From Shigella phage vB_SflM_004: DNA of 64,000 nt. Shown piece by piece: positions 61,709 to 64,000 of the stretch; the stretch's first letter is position 1; each line of letters begins with the position of its first letter. A model generated the notes under the pieces. The model searched no databases. It was not told the origin of the DNA and saw only the letters and a program-made list of their open reading frames with translations. Position numbers and translations under genes: made by a program. The stretch lies in sequence record MK295205; one strand, written 5' to 3'.

Positions 61709-64000
61709 TTAATCGTAAATTGTAGTCCCTTCTGGAACACACTTCACATCAAAGCCTAAGAACTTACTCACTTCGATGGGTGACACTTTATTCCAATCTA
61801 AATGAGAAAGCAAGAAGTTTTCTTGTTTTCTTTTTGAAAGGTAGTTTGTCACCTTAATAACCATACGGTCACCAGCTTTCTTAATTTTCTTGTACAGCTT
61901 TGTATCATTGTCAAGGCACTCTTTCAAAGTTTGCAACCGACTAATAGTGTAAGTGTATGCAAACTGTGCAGCAACGTATTGGATTTTACCGAACATTGCC
62001 TCTACAGCCTCTTCATTACCTTCTAGGAAGATAGTTTTGTTTGTATCCCGTGAATAGCAATAACCACGAGAAATCTTCCTATTATTGAATGTAAAGTTTC
62101 TGGCAATAATCCAGCTACTTGTAAGGTCAAGAACACCATTCATGTAGATGCGTGTCATATACCTGTTATGATTAATCCAATGAACATCAGTTAAGCTGTC
62201 GTTCAAGAGCTTCTCATCTACTTCAATCCAGTCTTCTGGTATCTTTTTCCAATTTGCTTTTCGGAAAACATAGACTGTCTTCCCAATAACATTAGCAACT
62301 GACTTAGCTACATCCTCTGGAGATGAGCAAAAACATCTACCATCAACTGTGTCACCTACTGCCTTAATATAAAGCTGAGACTCTTCAATTGTGTCTAAGT
62401 CCTCTGACACCTCTTTGTAGGAGGCTACACCTTCTGCTGGAACAGCTTTCCAGAGTTTTACAACACCTCTTACAGCTTCTTTACGCTGGTAATGGTGTTC
62501 CTTATCAGACATTTTCACAATCTTTAACAAGCTTTTATCAAGTTTGTGCAGATTGATTAAGTCATCTAACTCTTTTTCAGTCGAGAATACAAACACAATA
62601 CCATTGTATCTGTGAAACAGGCTTGACTCACTGGCGTAGTCTCGACATGCACCACGCAGAATCTGATTGCGGCCTACAGTCTTCTCAGTTCCGTTTTTAT
62701 TGCGACGGTCATTAATCACAAACAAAAACTGTTCAATTTGGCTTTTACGCATTGCACCAAAGATATTGAACATGCTCGCCTCTTGAGTGTAGGAAAGTGC
62801 TGTTGCACGAATCTTACTCTCTAAAGAGTTGAACTTAACATAAGCAACTGGATTGTATAGGTAGTCCACTTTAGGAATGTTGTTTCCTTTACTGTCAACC
62901 TTAATATTACCTTTGCCGTCACGTTCATAGATGACTGAGCCGTCTTCTGCGTAGATAATTCCACGACGAATGTTTAACAATTCTTCTTCCAGAGAGTCAA
63001 GCTTAACACCTCCCCACTCTAGCTTTGGACACACAGCATTAAACATCTCTCGTGAGTTCAAACGTAACTCTGCATAAGCCTGTGCAGCATCCATAAGTGT
63101 AGGTTGGCTATTAACTCCCTTAATAACATCCCTTGTAATTGCTTCAGTTATCTTTTTGGTAGCCTCAATGATGACATTTTTTGTCGTGTCATTCATCTGC
63201 AATGCTTCACGAGAAGCTGCAATAGCGACTGAACCAATAGGCATGTAGATGTTTACAAGGTCTACGCTCCTACGGAAAAATTCTGGCAAGATTTTGAAGA
63301 AATCATCACCAAGTAATGCTTCCATGTTAACAGGGTAGGCAATGTTACCCATCACCACATTAAATTCTGTCCTGTTACCACTAGAACGCCAGCTTTGCTT
63401 ATGAATCATGGCATCATAAACACCCTCTTCACGGGCAATGACGTTCATATCTGCTAATACATCGTCGTACACAATATTACTTTCTGGTTTTACAGCAAAG
63501 TATGAGTACACATTCCCAGCTTCTTCAAAGAACTTTGAGATACGGTGGTCAGCAACTGCCACACGTACAGCTAAACCATTAGGTTCTTTTGTTGGGTTAG
63601 TTGTCAGCTTAGTTACTTGAGGAATACCATTCTCAAGATAAACAGAGTACTTATTAACAACACCATCAACATAGCTAGATACTGTGAATGACTGAGCAAT
63701 TGCAAATGGTGACTTTGAGCCGATACCCATTGCACCAATGTAATCATTAGAGTCATTCTTCGTAGAAGCTCCGTAGTTCAGATACAAACTCATAACTTTA
63801 TCATGAGTCAATCCAGTTCCAAAATCACGAACTTCGAAGTAAGGCTCAAAACGAGTAGGTAAATGCACATGGAATGGGATGTTCTCTTTTCCAGCTTCTT
63901 TCTGAGCATCTACTGCGTTACATGACAGTTCACGAATCACTGCTCGCTCTTTAAATGTATATACACCAGAACTCAGAAGGCTGAACATTTCAGGTGTCAT
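61709..64000 (-). CDS. rIIA: rIIA-like protein (N-terminus beyond window edge)
   Basis: GHKL-type ATPase motifs near the N-terminal end (ELSCNAVDA, VRDFGTGL, GAMGIGSKS) as in T4 rIIA; ORF is open to the window boundary. Confidence 0.75.
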   Translation of the reverse strand: MTPEMFSLLSSGVYTFKERAVIRELSCNAVDAQKEAGKENIPFHVHLPTRFEPYFEVRDFGTGLTHDKVMSLYLNYGASTKNDSNDYIGAMGIGSKSPFAIAQSFTVSSYVDGVVNKYSVYLENGIPQVTKLTTNPTKEPNGLAVRVAVADHRISKFFEEAGNVYSYFAVKPESNIVYDDVLADMNVIAREEGVYDAMIHKQSWRSSGNRTEFNVVMGNIAYPVNMEALLGDDFFKILPEFFRRSVDLVNIYMPIGSVAIAASREALQMNDTTKNVIIEATKKITEAITRDVIKGVNSQPTLMDAAQAYAELRLNSREMFNAVCPKLEWGGVKLDSLEEELLNIRRGIIYAEDGSVIYERDGKGNIKVDSKGNNIPKVDYLYNPVAYVKFNSLESKIRATALSYTQEASMFNIFGAMRKSQIEQFLFVINDRRNKNGTEKTVGRNQILRGACRDYASESSLFHRYNGIVFVFSTEKELDDLINLHKLDKSLLKIVKMSDKEHHYQRKEAVRGVVKLWKAVPAEGVASYKEVSEDLDTIEESQLYIKAVGDTVDGRCFCSSPEDVAKSVANVIGKTVYVFRKANWKKIPEDWIEVDEKLLNDSLTDVHWINHNRYMTRIYMNGVLDLTSSWIIARNFTFNNRKISRGYCYSRDTNKTIFLEGNEEAVEAMFGKIQYVAAQFAYTYTISRLQTLKECLDNDTKLYKKIKKAGDRMVIKVTNYLSKRKQENFLLSHLDWNKVSPIEVSKFLGFDVKCVPEGTTIYD

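Overview
This window reads as a segment of a large virulent dsDNA phage genome for an enterobacterial-type host (AGGAG-like ribosome-binding sites, TTGACA-17-TATAAT-like promoters, many hairpin plus T-run terminators). The left third (1-22.5 kb, all minus strand) is a nucleotide-metabolism and replication operon: a NAMPT-like and a PRPP-synthetase-like gene, anaerobic (NrdD/NrdG) and aerobic (NrdA/NrdB) ribonucleotide reductases, a glutaredoxin-like protein, dNMP kinase, T7 gp6-like exonuclease, SSB, and a T7 gp4-like primase-helicase, interrupted by two HNH-AP2 homing endonucleases. A divergent promoter region at 22.5 kb starts a plus-strand family-A (T7 gp5-like) DNA polymerase, followed by small ORFs, DHFR and thymidylate synthase. 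A minus-strand structural module (34.4-45.4 kb) carries two His-rich tail fibre genes, tail and baseplate proteins, a lambda-E-like major capsid protein and an S49 prohead protease/scaffold. Then come plus-strand small genes including a lysozyme and a lipoprotein, a 1.6 kb repeat-dense non-coding region, a minus-strand cluster of small genes with a repeated leader element, and rIIB plus partial rIIA at the right end. The most unusual aspects are: many genes are visibly disrupted (in-frame TGA in the capsid gene; frameshifts in DHFR, thymidylate synthase and a tail fibre; 5'-truncated protease; interrupted lysozyme); short near-identical fragments of small genes are scattered through and between structural genes; and two arrays of about 150 bp GGT-periodic repeats flank a two-gene cassette. 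All calls rest on reading the translations and sequence by eye; no database search was run. Coordinates I derived myself (not from the ORF track) may be off by a base or two.
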